64,000 nucleotides of DNA from an uncultured Gammaproteobacteria bacterium (GTDB taxonomy: Bacteria; Patescibacteriota; Patescibacteriia; CAZSQN01). The stretch's first letter is position 1, and each line of letters opens with the position of its first letter. The translations under genes were made by a program, and so were the position numbers. Of the stretch, positions 8,188 to 18,470 are shown one piece after another. The notes under the pieces are model-generated. The model was not told the DNA's origin. It saw only the letters and a program-made list of their open reading frames with translations, and did no database searches. The DNA lies in NCBI GenBank assembly GCA_964609095.1, contig CAZSQN010000003.1:12687-76686 (forward strand). Direction: 5' to 3'.

Positions 8188-9366
8188 TCAAAGAATCAAA
8201 GAATCTACAAGTTTAACTTTCTCTATTTTAGCCATCGCGTTTCTTACAAGTTCTTCTACTTCCAGCTTCGCTTCCTCTCTGTCCAAATCTTCTGGACGCG
8301 ATTTTGTTGCCGGATTTTTGGGCACAAAAAGCGTGCAGCAATCCTCGTGCGGACGGATGGAAATTTCAAAAGTTCCTATCTTTTTCGCCATTTCAATTAT
8401 ATCATCTTTATTCTCTCCTATAAGCGGCCGCAAAATCGGGAGTTTAGCTGCCGCTTGCGCCGAAGAAATGTTTTCAATCGTCTGGCTGGCCACCTGTCCC
8501 AAGCTCTCTCCCGTAACCAAAGCTTTGGCGCCATTTGTCCGCGCAACTTCTTCGGCTATGCGCAACATAAATTTGCGATAAAGCAATACTCTGTATTTTG
8601 CTTCCGCTTTCATCATTATTTCTTTTTGAATATCAATAAAGGGAACAAGATAAAGCATTCCTCTTCCCTGCCAGCCCGCAAGCTCGGCGGCCAAGTCCTT
8701 AACCTTTTCAATTGAAGAACGGTTTGTATAAGGATAGGAATGAAAATGAATAAAATCAATTTCTGCTCCGCGGCGCATCATCTTCCAAGAAGCAACCGGC
8801 GAATCAATACCGCCGGAGAGCAATGAGAGAAGCTTGCCCGAACTCCCCACCGGCAATCCGCCTATTCCTTGATGAAATTCGCAGGAAATATAGCACTCTG
8901 TTTCCGCGATTATAATTGAACAAATTATATCCGGATTTTTAATTTTAACCTTTTTTTCTGTTCCCGCCGCCGCTGCCGCGCCAACGACTCTGCTTACCTC
9001 CATTGAATTTAAAGGAAATTTTTTATTTGACCGGCTGGTTTCTATTTTGAAAGAATCGCCGTCTGCCGCGCCCACTGCCAGAACCGCTTCTTTTTTTATT
9101 TCTTCAATATCCAGCGGCGCAACAGCCGCAAAATAAAAATTCGCTATGCCAAAGACGCGCGAAAGCGCGTCGCCAATATCAATTTTGCGCGCGGCAATCT
9201 CGTCTCCTTTAACTATTGCCCGTCCAAAACGCTTCTCTATTTTTATGCCTTTAAAATCCGAAAGGATTTTTTTTATATTAAAAATCAGCGCGTCTTCAAA
9301 CGCCCCTCTGTTTCTGCCTTTAAGCGCGAGTTCGTGATAATGAATAACTACCGCCGTTTGTCCCAT
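8188..9366 (-). CDS. thiI: tRNA 4-thiouridine synthase
   Basis: ELALKGRNR, THUMP domain, GGLPVG, LLSGGIDSPVA, GESLGQVASQT, EDCC. Confidence 0.95.
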   Translation of the reverse strand: MGQTAVVIHYHELALKGRNRGAFEDALIFNIKKILSDFKGIKIEKRFGRAIVKGDEIAARKIDIGDALSRVFGIANFYFAAVAPLDIEEIKKEAVLAVGAADGDSFKIETSRSNKKFPLNSMEVSRVVGAAAAAGTEKKVKIKNPDIICSIIIAETECYISCEFHQGIGGLPVGSSGKLLSLLSGGIDSPVASWKMMRRGAEIDFIHFHSYPYTNRSSIEKVKDLAAELAGWQGRGMLYLVPFIDIQKEIMMKAEAKYRVLLYRKFMLRIAEEVARTNGAKALVTGESLGQVASQTIENISSAQAAAKLPILRPLIGENKDDIIEMAKKIGTFEISIRPHEDCCTLFVPKNPATKSRPEDLDREEAKLEVEELVRNAMAKIEKVKLVDSLIL

Positions 9367-9402
9367 ATAGAATAGTTTATAATACTATATTTTAGGAAAT
9401 TA

Positions 9403-9527
9403 ATCCCGTTAGAGATAGGAAACGGTTAAACCGTTTCCGTTAAACCTTTATAAATTTTCATAATTTATAATCATTTCTAAATTCAATAATTTCTGCGTAT
9501 AAAACATATATTGATCTCTAACGGGAT
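9403..9527. mobile_element. MITE-like element with 14-bp terminal inverted repeats
   Basis: atcccgttagagat ... atctctaacgggat, with internal hairpin ggaaacggtt/aaccgtttcc. Confidence 0.6.
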
Positions 9528-9568
9528 AAAAAAGCCCCGGCTGTTTTAGTCGGGGCACTTTATCAAAA

Positions 9569-10525
9569 CTATCTGGTATTTGAAGAAACGTTCGGAATAT
9601 CAATCGGCGGCCTGTTGGCGCCGCACAGCTCTTCCCTAACGCGGAAAGCCGCGTAAACAATCGGCCCGCCGCCGGCAAACGAGCGGATTTCCACCCGCAC
9701 AGCCGCCGGGTCAGCCGGAACCGCGAACGCAACCGCCGCGTTGGGATTAATCCGGTCGTCAAAAGCCAAAACATTTTGCTCCGTAAGAGGCGGCTCACCC
9801 GTAAAAACATAAAGGTCAACATCGCGAGCGGCGCCGCCCGAACCCGAAACGGCAACAAGCAAACACATACCGACAGTCGCGCCGGAAGGAAGTCCGGAAA
9901 CGGCCACGGTTCGGCCCTGCATGAAATTGGGGAAATCCGCCGCCCATGGCAAACGCGCCGCATTTGGTTCAGCGCCGCTCGCGATGGTGGAAATCGCCTC
10001 TTCCATGGCCCTTCTTTCAATATTCTGCAGCCGTGAAACAACATCAACTATCACTTCAACGCTCTCTACCGGATAAAGAGCCAAAACAATGCCCATCCTC
10101 GGTCCGCTTGAAACCGCGCCAAGCGTGACTCGCTCGGCGCCGCCAAGACAAAATCCCCGGCCGGCCATGCCAGCGCTCTTATACCAGTCATTCCTGTTTA
10201 GCCCCTGATTCACCAGTTCGCCGGCCATGTTGGTGGCGCCGACATCAACTTCTGCCAAAGGCAATTGAGTCGTGCCAACCAGCATATAACATCCCCGCGG
10301 AACTTCGGTCACAACGCTCAAGGCCCCGCTTTCGGTAGCCAAACCGGCGTAAACGGCAATCGCCGCCACGGAAGAAAGTCCGCTGGCCGTCTGAAATGAC
10401 CTCTGTCCCGTTCCCGCAACCTCAAAGTCGCTCTCGCCAAACTCAACTTCCGTCAGGCGCCGCATCGGCAAGCCGCCGCAGCCGAAAATGCTAAAAAGGG
10501 CAAACAGAGCCGTTGTCCGTCTCAT
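9569..10525 (-). CDS. Putative lipoprotein with C-terminal PPC-like beta domain
   Basis: SD GAGGAG before MRRTTALFALFSIFGC (lipobox); DVDLYVF motif. Confidence 0.6.
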   Translation of the reverse strand: MRRTTALFALFSIFGCGGLPMRRLTEVEFGESDFEVAGTGQRSFQTASGLSSVAAIAVYAGLATESGALSVVTEVPRGCYMLVGTTQLPLAEVDVGATNMAGELVNQGLNRNDWYKSAGMAGRGFCLGGAERVTLGAVSSGPRMGIVLALYPVESVEVIVDVVSRLQNIERRAMEEAISTIASGAEPNAARLPWAADFPNFMQGRTVAVSGLPSGATVGMCLLVAVSGSGGAARDVDLYVFTGEPPLTEQNVLAFDDRINPNAAVAFAVPADPAAVRVEIRSFAGGGPIVYAAFRVREELCGANRPPIDIPNVSSNTR

Positions 10526-10600
10526 CTCATTCTCCTCTCGTTGCTCCATTACAAGCTTATAATAAGCAAAAATCGCGGTCAAATCCCGCGGCCATTCTTT

Positions 10601-11113
10601 TTAAAGTTTCACCGTATCACCAATCACTTTGCCTACGATTATGCCGATAGCCGCGGCCAATCCTCCTATCACCAGCATTCTTAACGCGCCTTTCAAAACA
10701 TTAAGTCCGGAAATCTTCGCGCTAACTACTCCAAGCAGAAACAAAGCGGCTAAAGAAAAAAGTATTGACAAAAGAAACGCCAGCGGCATGGGAAGAATTA
10801 TATAAGGGAAAAGCGGAACAAAACCAGACGCAAAATACGAAAAAAACATAATCGTTCCGGTAATTACCGAACGGACGGGCGGCGCTTCCGCGCGTTTCAT
10901 ATATTCCTCGGCCGAATATTCAGAAAGGAAGCTTCCCACCGCCATGGAAAACGCCTCTACAAAAATCAAAACCACGCCGGTTAAAAAAATGGTCTTTCTC
11001 GGCACATTAGCTATGGCCACGCCCGAGAGCAGACCAACGGTTGAAACCAAGCTGTCTTCCACTCCAAAAATAAAGCTTCTAAAATACGAAGCCAAGGTAG
11101 TTTTGCTGTTCAT
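10601..11113 (-). CDS. VIT1/CCC1-family iron/manganese transporter
   Basis: FIFGVEDSLVST, AFSMAVGSFLS, GFVPLFPY. Confidence 0.9.
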   Translation of the reverse strand: MNSKTTLASYFRSFIFGVEDSLVSTVGLLSGVAIANVPRKTIFLTGVVLIFVEAFSMAVGSFLSEYSAEEYMKRAEAPPVRSVITGTIMFFSYFASGFVPLFPYIILPMPLAFLLSILFSLAALFLLGVVSAKISGLNVLKGALRMLVIGGLAAAIGIIVGKVIGDTVKL

Positions 11114-11160
11114 ACTCCGTACAATAATTTCAACGTAAAAATGATTTGGGAAAAACCCGC

Positions 11161-11538
11161 CTATCTAAACCATTCCTTCAGATTTTTCGGCCAGCCGCGC
11201 AGTAAAAATAGCGCGAGCGGCGCGCCCCAATTAGCCCATCTTTCCACAAAATCCCAAAACGGCTCGCCAACCACCGGCCGAAGCAATGCTGTCCAAAATC
11301 CCCAAACAATCGCCCAAAGAAGAGCAATTCTAATTGGCCTCAACAACACCAAAACCGCAACGGTTACATCCAAAATGCCAATGGCAAGAAGCAATTTTCC
11401 CGCTAGGACGCTATCAACATTAAGCAAATCCTGAATCCAGCCAATCCACGCCTTTTTGCCTTGAAGCGCGAAAACTCCGTGCCCTAGAAATTCACCGAAG
11501 ACCGCGATTCTTAAAACCCAGAGAACGCTTTTGTTCAT
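11161..11538 (-). CDS. DoxX-like membrane protein
   Basis: LRIAVFGEFLGHG...ERWANWGAPL; 4 TM segments. Confidence 0.55.
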   Translation of the reverse strand: MNKSVLWVLRIAVFGEFLGHGVFALQGKKAWIGWIQDLLNVDSVLAGKLLLAIGILDVTVAVLVLLRPIRIALLWAIVWGFWTALLRPVVGEPFWDFVERWANWGAPLALFLLRGWPKNLKEWFR

Positions 11539-11553
11539 AATGATTATAAAAAA

Positions 11554-12246
11554 TTAATTAGTATCTTTTGAGAGCAAAGAATATAGCCAGACATAAGCAA
11601 GCGCGACGCCCACCCAGAACATTACCACATTGCTGCCGCGCGTGGCCGGACTTGTCCAAGCCGCGGCAAGATAAAAATTGATGTTCATCAAAAGACCGCC
11701 GGCAAGCGCGAGCAAAGACAGGCACAACCCGCAACGTTTGATTTTATTGCTCACCGGAGCGGCAATAAAATAAATCCCGATAAGCAGGGCAAAAGCAATC
11801 GCCACCTGGCTCCACTCTACCGCGTAGGCAAACGCAATGGCGTTTTTTGAGGCAAAACCCAAAAGAAAATCCTTATACCACGGAAAAGGATTTTTGCCGG
11901 CAAAAAAAGCCAATGTCTTGCTGATTCCGCTGACAAACTCCGGCGACGAAACCTTTTCCCAGCCGGCGCTCCACCACTCGTAAGCCACCGTTGCCTGCGC
12001 TCCCAAAAGGCCAAGCAAATAAAGAGTTTCTTTTTTCATGGAAACCAGCCGGTCTTTGCGCCCCATCATAGAAAGCAAGCCGCAAGTCGCCCACAACCCT
12101 TCAAAAAGGGAAAATACGCCAAAAAGAGCCGCCGCCAGCCGCGCCGCCGGATGCTTAAAGAGGGCGAACGCCGCGAACAGAAAAAACGCGGCGCCCAAAA
12201 ACCTTACCGCGCGGTCAAAAGCGTTAAGATTTTTATTTAATTGCAT
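11554..12246 (-). CDS. DUF2892 + DoxX/TQO-like membrane protein
   Basis: NLNAFDRAVR...C (DUF2892-like), then EWWSAGWEK and NFYLA. Confidence 0.6.
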   Translation of the reverse strand: MQLNKNLNAFDRAVRFLGAAFFLFAAFALFKHPAARLAAALFGVFSLFEGLWATCGLLSMMGRKDRLVSMKKETLYLLGLLGAQATVAYEWWSAGWEKVSSPEFVSGISKTLAFFAGKNPFPWYKDFLLGFASKNAIAFAYAVEWSQVAIAFALLIGIYFIAAPVSNKIKRCGLCLSLLALAGGLLMNINFYLAAAWTSPATRGSNVVMFWVGVALAYVWLYSLLSKDTN

Positions 12247-12356
12247 AGAAAATTAATTATGTGGATAAGTCCCTTTAATTATATCATAATACGGCTTGTT
12301 TATTTATAATTTAGGAATTACTATGTATAATACGGCTTAAATCAATAAAAAATCTT

Positions 12357-12941
12357 ATGCCTTATCTGCCCAAACCGCTGCCTTACAAAGAACTCAAAGG
12401 CATTTCAGCCAAAACACTGGAAATACATCACGGAAAGCTCTATGCGGGCTATGTTAATAAAAGAAACGAAATTGAGGATAAATTAAAATCCGCAGACCTT
12501 TCTTCGGCCAATCAAACCTATTCCGAATTGCGCGCGCTTAAAGTTGAAGAAACCTTTGCCGGAAACGGCGCGGCGCTGCACGAGGCCTATTTTGAAGGAA
12601 TGGGCGGAAGTGGCGGCAGGCCGTCGGGTAAGCTCCTTTCGGCAATAGAAGCCGAATGGGGTAATTATGAAAAGTGGGAGGCGGAATTTAAGGCCTGCGC
12701 TCTGGCTGTGCGCGGCTGGGTCGTGCTGGCCTACGATACTAATGATAATCGGCTTCACAATTATGTCGGTGACGCCCACAACCAGGGAGGAATGTGGGGC
12801 GCGATTCCGGTTCTTGTGCACGATGTTTACGAACACGCTTATTTTATTGATTACGGCAGCGACAGAAAGACCTATGTGGAAGCATATATGAGCAATATTA
12901 ATTGGACGGCGGCAGAAAAAATTTATTCTAAATACGCTTAA
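12357..12941 (+). CDS. Fe/Mn superoxide dismutase
   Basis: HHGKLY, LHEAYF, DVYEHAY ligand motifs. Confidence 0.92.
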   Translation: MPYLPKPLPYKELKGISAKTLEIHHGKLYAGYVNKRNEIEDKLKSADLSSANQTYSELRALKVEETFAGNGAALHEAYFEGMGGSGGRPSGKLLSAIEAEWGNYEKWEAEFKACALAVRGWVVLAYDTNDNRLHNYVGDAHNQGGMWGAIPVLVHDVYEHAYFIDYGSDRKTYVEAYMSNINWTAAEKIYSKYA

Positions 12942-13011
12942 GCCAACGGCAGACAGCCAACAGTTGATAATTTCTGTTGGCCGTTAGCTATAAGCTTTAA
13001 GCTAAAATAGT

Positions 13012-13554
13012 ATGATTAAAATCGGCTTTCCGGCGCCTGATTGGAACGGCGCCGTAGCGTATCAAAAAGGAAAATTCATTAAATTGTCCCTCGCCGATTA
13101 TAAAGGCAAGTGGCTGGCGCTGTTCTTTTATCCGCGCGATTTTACTTATATCTGCCCCACTGAATTAAGGGCTTTCGCGGCGCAAAAGGCGGATTTCGGC
13201 AAATTAAAAGCGGAAATCGTTGCCTGCTCAACCGACTCCGAATGGAGCCACAAAGCGTGGATGGAGCACGATCTTCCGCAAGTTGATTATCCGGTGATAG
13301 CCGACACCACGCACCAGATTGCGGCGCGTTATGATGTTCTAAACGAAGAGAGCGGCGCCGCGGAACGGGGAACTTTTTTAATTGACCCGGAAGGCATCGT
13401 GCGCTATATTGTCGTGTCTTCGGAACAAGTCGGCAGGTCGGTTAAAGAAACATTAAGAGTCCTTCAGGCATTGGAGACCGAAGAGAGATGCCCGGCGGAA
13501 TGGCATCCGGGCGAACCCACCTTGGGAAAACCCGACCAAAATAAAAAATCTTAA
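13012..13554 (+). CDS. ahpC: 2-Cys peroxiredoxin
   Basis: FYPRDFTYICPTE, RGTFLIDP, CPAEW. Confidence 0.92.
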   Translation: MIKIGFPAPDWNGAVAYQKGKFIKLSLADYKGKWLALFFYPRDFTYICPTELRAFAAQKADFGKLKAEIVACSTDSEWSHKAWMEHDLPQVDYPVIADTTHQIAARYDVLNEESGAAERGTFLIDPEGIVRYIVVSSEQVGRSVKETLRVLQALETEERCPAEWHPGEPTLGKPDQNKKS

Positions 13555-13590
13555 TGTCAAAACCCCGATAAAAATCGGGGTTTTTAAAAA

Positions 13591-14019
13591 TTATCTCTGC
13601 TCCCGGCAAACGGAACTGCCTAAAACATAAGCGGATAAATATATTCCGCCTTGACCTTTTACAGAAGTAACATTGACGCTTATATTGTCCGTTAGCGACG
13701 GCCTTCCGTATAAAACAAAAGCGTAATTTCCCGCCTTTTTCCCGGAAACCTCAACCTCAAACCGCCAAAATATGGAAATCGTTAATTCCGGCTGATCGCC
13801 TTCTCTTGGCGAAGTCACAAAAAGCAGGCAATCGCCGGACCACCCTTGCGGCGGCAAAGGCCAGTCCAAAGTCATTCCTTCCAGCATAAAAACATCTTCA
13901 TCAACCCAACGAATCGGTCTGGCTCGGGCGTCAATTGAATTCAACAATCTGTTGAATCTGGCCTCCTCCGCGGAAACGCAGGATGCTAAAAAAAGAACCA
14001 AAAGAGCTGTCTTTTTCAT
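13591..14019 (-). CDS. Hypothetical lipoprotein
   Basis: SD GAGGAG; lipobox LASC. Confidence 0.55.
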   Translation of the reverse strand: MKKTALLVLFLASCVSAEEARFNRLLNSIDARARPIRWVDEDVFMLEGMTLDWPLPPQGWSGDCLLFVTSPREGDQPELTISIFWRFEVEVSGKKAGNYAFVLYGRPSLTDNISVNVTSVKGQGGIYLSAYVLGSSVCREQR

Positions 14020-14111
14020 CTTCTTCTCCTCAATCTACAGTATCTGACGCATTGCTTATCGTCAATTGCTTATGATAAATTTAAAATGAGTTCTTTCCCA
14101 AAAGGAGCAAA

Positions 14112-14480
14112 ATGGAAATCAAACTGACCGATGCCGCCATCTCCGCCGCTCTTCAGATTTTGAAAAACGAGATCGCCGGACAAAAAGCCGGGGAAGAAAA
14201 GTATGTCGGCGTAAGAATCAAGATCGTCGGCGGCGGCTGCGGCGGCTTTGCCTATGAGATGAACCTGGAAATTCAGACCGAGATTAGGGAAGGGCGCGAT
14301 ATGGAATTTGAATTTGGAGAAAACGAGAAACTAAAAATCGTCGCGGACCGATTTTCCATGCAGTATCTTGACGGCGTTACTATTGACTTTACAAATGACG
14401 GCCTTGGCGGCGCCGGTTTCAAGTTTGAAAATCCCAATGTCAAGTCAAAATGCGGCTGCGGCGGCTCTTTCTCCGATTAA
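14112..14480 (+). CDS. A-type Fe-S carrier (IscA/HesB/ErpA family)
   Basis: GGGCGGFAY, FENPN, CGCGGSF. Confidence 0.92.
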   Translation: MEIKLTDAAISAALQILKNEIAGQKAGEEKYVGVRIKIVGGGCGGFAYEMNLEIQTEIREGRDMEFEFGENEKLKIVADRFSMQYLDGVTIDFTNDGLGGAGFKFENPNVKSKCGCGGSFSD

Positions 14481-14542
14481 AAATCCCCTTCTAAAATTCT
14501 GGAGGGGATATTTTATTTGCGAAAATGATTTTAAAGTTGGAC

Positions 14543-15079
14543 TTATATTTTCTTAATCACATTTTCCACCGCGGCCCATTTGGAAGGATTATTTTTTGGG
14601 ACCAAAATCACCGCTTCGTCCCCGGCCTCGCCTTTAAAATAAGTAATGCTTGCCGTCAGCGCGTTCCATTTTTTGCCGTCGGAGATAACTGAAAATTGCT
14701 TGGTCACCTGGTCTTGTTCAACAACCCCCACCAACCTCTCCCGCTCTATGGGCCCGATTTGCTTATACATAAATTTGCCGCCGGGCGCGATCACCAGCTT
14801 AAGCATATCCCCTTCCACCAATTTTGATTTGGACGCGTAGTTTGGCGGCACGGCATATTGCTTGCCATCGCTTCCTACCATATGCGTTCCGTCAAAAACG
14901 CCCTCCACGACCCTTCCGCCTCCGGCATCGATTGGTTCGCCGGTTGCCGCCGCCTCCACAAGCATTTTCTTCACTTCTTCCTCGTTTACCGCTTCTCCTT
15001 CGGAGAGCAGCCGCAGGGCGCTCGCGATATTTGTTTCCGCGCTTTTTAAAATTTTTTTAAGCACTTCATTTTTATCCAT
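14543..15079 (-). CDS. Conserved hypothetical protein
   Basis: VEGVFDG...YAVPPNYASKSKLVEGD; coding-like composition. Confidence 0.7.
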   Translation of the reverse strand: MDKNEVLKKILKSAETNIASALRLLSEGEAVNEEEVKKMLVEAAATGEPIDAGGGRVVEGVFDGTHMVGSDGKQYAVPPNYASKSKLVEGDMLKLVIAPGGKFMYKQIGPIERERLVGVVEQDQVTKQFSVISDGKKWNALTASITYFKGEAGDEAVILVPKNNPSKWAAVENVIKKI

Positions 15080-15160
15080 ATTTTTTATCCGCCGACGCAA
15101 ATCGTATTATAAAATAATTAGATTAACAAAGGCGGATAACCATGAGCGAGTAAAGCGAAA

Positions 15161-15254
15161 GGCGGGCAACAAACTTTTTCGCGCGCCGCTGCTGTCCGAG
15201 CGAGCCGACGTCAGGTGAGCGAGTTCAGCGGCAAGAAAAAGTTTGTTGCCCGCC
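15161..15254. repeat. Long hairpin / REP- or MITE-like element
   Basis: 20-bp perfect IR ggcgggcaacaaactttttc/gaaaaagtttgttgcccgcc, inner gccgctg/cagcggc, two GAGCGAG motifs. Confidence 0.7.
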
Positions 15255-15263
15255 GATCATGCT

Positions 15264-17780
15264 TCATGCTCCCGACTGCGCCCTTTCCAAGATTTCCGCT
15301 TCCACCAGCTTGCGGTTGCGCCCGTATTTTAACCGGCTGATGTTTTTAATCGCTTCAATCAGCTTAACATCGCCTTTTATCGGCGGCGGAATGGAAACAT
15401 TAAACGGACGCGATGCGGTATTATCAATCAGCAATTTAGTGTTGGCGGTAAAAGCGTCGCAATTGATTAAGTCATACGGCCCGAATACCGGCGCGAATTC
15501 TTTGGACAAAAACTCGGCGTCTTCGGCGCCAACGCGAAAAGCGGCCATCGTGCCCACATTGCCAAAAATAGCGTCGCGAATGGCCGTGTCCCCGCCTTTG
15601 CCCACAAGCTGGCCTATGTATTGGTGGGCAATCACCAGACCCAAGCCGTATTTGCGCGCTTCTGACAAAATTGTGGCAATGGAATCGGTAAGGAAATTCT
15701 GAAACTCGTCAATATAGAGGAAAAAGTCCTGGCGCTCCTCGCGCGGCATATCGGTGCGGGAAAGCGCCGCGGCCAAAATTTTTCCCACCACCACCATGCC
15801 GATTAGATACGCGTTCAGCTCTCCAAGTTTGCCTTTAGAAAGGTCAAGAAGCAGAATTTTGCCCTCGTCCATTACCTGCCGGAAATTAAACGCGCTTTTT
15901 TGCTGGCCGATAATAGGCCGCACGATGTCGTTGGTGATAAACGGCGTTAGTTTGGAAGTGATGTAAGGAACCATATTAGCCAAAGATGCTTCTCCGCCGG
16001 CTTTCTGCGCTTCCTTGAGCCAAAAATCCTTGACCACCTGCGTTTTGCATTTAGAAAGCTTAAAGGCGCGGAACTTTTCATCGGCCAGCACGCGAGGAAC
16101 CTCCATTAAAGTGGAACCGGATTCAGGGTCATCCATAATAAGCAATAAGGCGTTCCTCATATATTGCTCAAACATCGGGCCTCCGGTTGCTTTGAGGTCA
16201 TAGAGCTTATCAAAAATCTTCAATATCTCATTGATGACAAAGGTCTTTTGTTCCGGATAACGCTCGTCATATTCCAGCATATTCAAGCCCATAGGCCGTT
16301 CGATGTCGGACGGGTCAAAATAAATAACATCGTCAACGCGCTCTTTGGGAACAAGCGCGATCGCGTCCCGCGCCAGGTCGCCGTGCGGATCCAAGGCGCA
16401 AATGCCGCGCCCGGCCTCAATATCCTGCTTAATCATCTGTTTTAAAAATTCGCTTTTGCCCACGCCGGATTTTCCAATGATGTAAAAGTGGCGCAGACGG
16501 TCCGGCTGTTTGATGCGCACGAGATGCTCTTGTCCGCGATATTTAACCGTGCCGATAACCATGCCCTCTTTGGGCAGATTTGTCGGAGGAGGCGGTTTTC
16601 TGGCGGATAGCCACATGATATTCGGGGTTTCAATGCCGGGAAGAGGAAAATGATAAACGCCGGCGAACTCTTCCGCGTTCAAAATAATTTTTCTTTTTTC
16701 GTCAAAAGTTCTGTAAATAAAATTGTGAACGAATCTGGGCAAAGAGCGCGGCGTCTTGCGGCTGAAACTGTTGCCGTATTCGTAGATATTGAATTGCGAA
16801 AAAGAATTGGCAATGTTGTCAAGGTGCATTTTGGCTCTGGCGCCGTCAGGAGAGGAAACAATAATCCTGACATTGACTTCCAACCCGGCTTTTGACGCCT
16901 TCTCCTCCAGCCCGCGCACGGCTTCCTCCTCAAGCGGAGAAAGCTTGTACTCTTTCGGCGGAGCGGTCCCTTCTTTTTTTGCCGGAGCCGTCGCCGCCTG
17001 CAAACCGCCCAAAAAGCTTGCGCCCCTCATCGCCTCTTTCATGCTCTTTCCTTGCTGCATGGCGCGGGCAATTTTTAATCCCGAAGAACGCCAATCGCCC
17101 CTTGCGGAACGGACTACAAATTGTATTGCCGCGCCGTCCGGTGAGGCGATCTTGCTCATAGAATTGGTGATGGCGGAGAGAGGGTCGGAATCAAGTTTTT
17201 TGTATGTTTTTATGGGGAAACCGCCGGGGCGTTTAAAAATCAAGTTTGCCCCGGCAATAACTCCGGTGGGGTTAAAAATGTTATAATCCCGCACCTCTTC
17301 AATCTGGGCGGATGGGAACTGGGCATGAACCTGCTGTTCCAAAAAATCGCGCAAACTCTTGGGCGCGGCGAGGTAAAAATAAATCAGTCCGTCTTTGGAA
17401 ACGATCTCAAAAGAAAAGGCGTCAGAACGGCCCGCAAGCCACGCTTTAAATCCTTTTTGCGGACGCAGTCCCCCGACCGCGGAAAAAAGCGCCTCGGAAA
17501 CGCCGATATCTTGGCGAATTTTGTCAATGGATGGGCTTTGCGTCTGCTCCTCGGCTTTAAGCGCTTCTTTGGGCACTAGAATCCGCAGCACGACTTTGTC
17601 AAAACCCAGTGCGCTCTCGTTGCGCCGGCGAAAATAATATCTTAAGCCGCGCAAAAATATTAAAACGGCGAAAATCAACCCGGCCAGAATCAATGACGCC
17701 AAAACCAAACCGTCGCCGGCAAAACCGGCGGCCTCCGGAGATTCTAAAACAACGGCTATTTGTAAGAGAAAGACAAGCAT
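15264..17780 (-). CDS. VirB4/TraG/HerA-like ATPase (T4SS DNA-binding domain protein)
   Basis: Walker A GKSGVGKS, DPHGD, Walker B LYIDEFQNF, EARKY, AHQY. Confidence 0.9.
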   Translation of the reverse strand: MLVFLLQIAVVLESPEAAGFAGDGLVLASLILAGLIFAVLIFLRGLRYYFRRRNESALGFDKVVLRILVPKEALKAEEQTQSPSIDKIRQDIGVSEALFSAVGGLRPQKGFKAWLAGRSDAFSFEIVSKDGLIYFYLAAPKSLRDFLEQQVHAQFPSAQIEEVRDYNIFNPTGVIAGANLIFKRPGGFPIKTYKKLDSDPLSAITNSMSKIASPDGAAIQFVVRSARGDWRSSGLKIARAMQQGKSMKEAMRGASFLGGLQAATAPAKKEGTAPPKEYKLSPLEEEAVRGLEEKASKAGLEVNVRIIVSSPDGARAKMHLDNIANSFSQFNIYEYGNSFSRKTPRSLPRFVHNFIYRTFDEKRKIILNAEEFAGVYHFPLPGIETPNIMWLSARKPPPPTNLPKEGMVIGTVKYRGQEHLVRIKQPDRLRHFYIIGKSGVGKSEFLKQMIKQDIEAGRGICALDPHGDLARDAIALVPKERVDDVIYFDPSDIERPMGLNMLEYDERYPEQKTFVINEILKIFDKLYDLKATGGPMFEQYMRNALLLIMDDPESGSTLMEVPRVLADEKFRAFKLSKCKTQVVKDFWLKEAQKAGGEASLANMVPYITSKLTPFITNDIVRPIIGQQKSAFNFRQVMDEGKILLLDLSKGKLGELNAYLIGMVVVGKILAAALSRTDMPREERQDFFLYIDEFQNFLTDSIATILSEARKYGLGLVIAHQYIGQLVGKGGDTAIRDAIFGNVGTMAAFRVGAEDAEFLSKEFAPVFGPYDLINCDAFTANTKLLIDNTASRPFNVSIPPPIKGDVKLIEAIKNISRLKYGRNRKLVEAEILERAQSGA

Positions 17781-18253
17781 TAAATTTGTTTTGATTTTTG
17801 CTCTTCGTAGAGCGCCAAAATCTTGTCGGTCTTAATCTTTGCTTCTTGTTCAAGAAAAAATTTATTAACGCCGGGAATAATTTTGAGCCAAAAGACAATC
17901 AGTTCCAACACGTCTTTAACCGCAACTTTGGCCGTCCTTATCATCGCCTGAATTTTGGAAGCAACTTCCTCGCCCTTGGCCTTAAACTCTTCCTGCGTCT
18001 CCGGCGGCATAGCCGCATACGCCTCCAGCAAATCTTCAGCCAAAAAATCTTCAATCTGCGCCGTAAGCTCGTCTTTTTTAACCATTGGAGAAACCGCGGC
18101 CTTGCCCGGAATTACCGTGACTGCCGGCGCCGCTTCTTCCGCCGCCTCCTCTTTTGCCAAAACTTCTTTTGGTTTTTCAATGCTAATCTCCGGAGCCGCT
18201 TCCGGAACCGGCCCGATTTCTACTTTGGTTATTTCTTGTTTTTCTTCCGGCAT
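17780..18253 (-). CDS. Conserved hypothetical protein
   Basis: WLKIIPGVNKFFLEQEAKIKTD; coupled to the ATPase gene. Confidence 0.7.
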   Translation of the reverse strand: MPEEKQEITKVEIGPVPEAAPEISIEKPKEVLAKEEAAEEAAPAVTVIPGKAAVSPMVKKDELTAQIEDFLAEDLLEAYAAMPPETQEEFKAKGEEVASKIQAMIRTAKVAVKDVLELIVFWLKIIPGVNKFFLEQEAKIKTDKILALYEEQKSKQI

Positions 18254-18254
18254 A

Positions 18255-18424
18255 CCCCGCACATAACTTGCTTAATCCAAAACATAATTTATATTATGTG
18301 CTGGATTCCCGCATTATGTTCATCAAATCTTCTTTTTAAATTATTTGTACAGCCAACATACATAAAATGCTCTGCCTTGCTTTTAATCAAATAAACGAAA
18401 ACATCAAGCAAATTATGTGCGGGG
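18255..18424. mobile_element. MITE-like element, CCCCGCACATAA family
   Basis: 12-bp TIR flanked by CATA on both sides; AT-rich interior. Confidence 0.6.
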
Positions 18425-18470
18425 CATACCCCATCATTATAGCACAAGCATGAGCGCTTGCGCTCATGCT

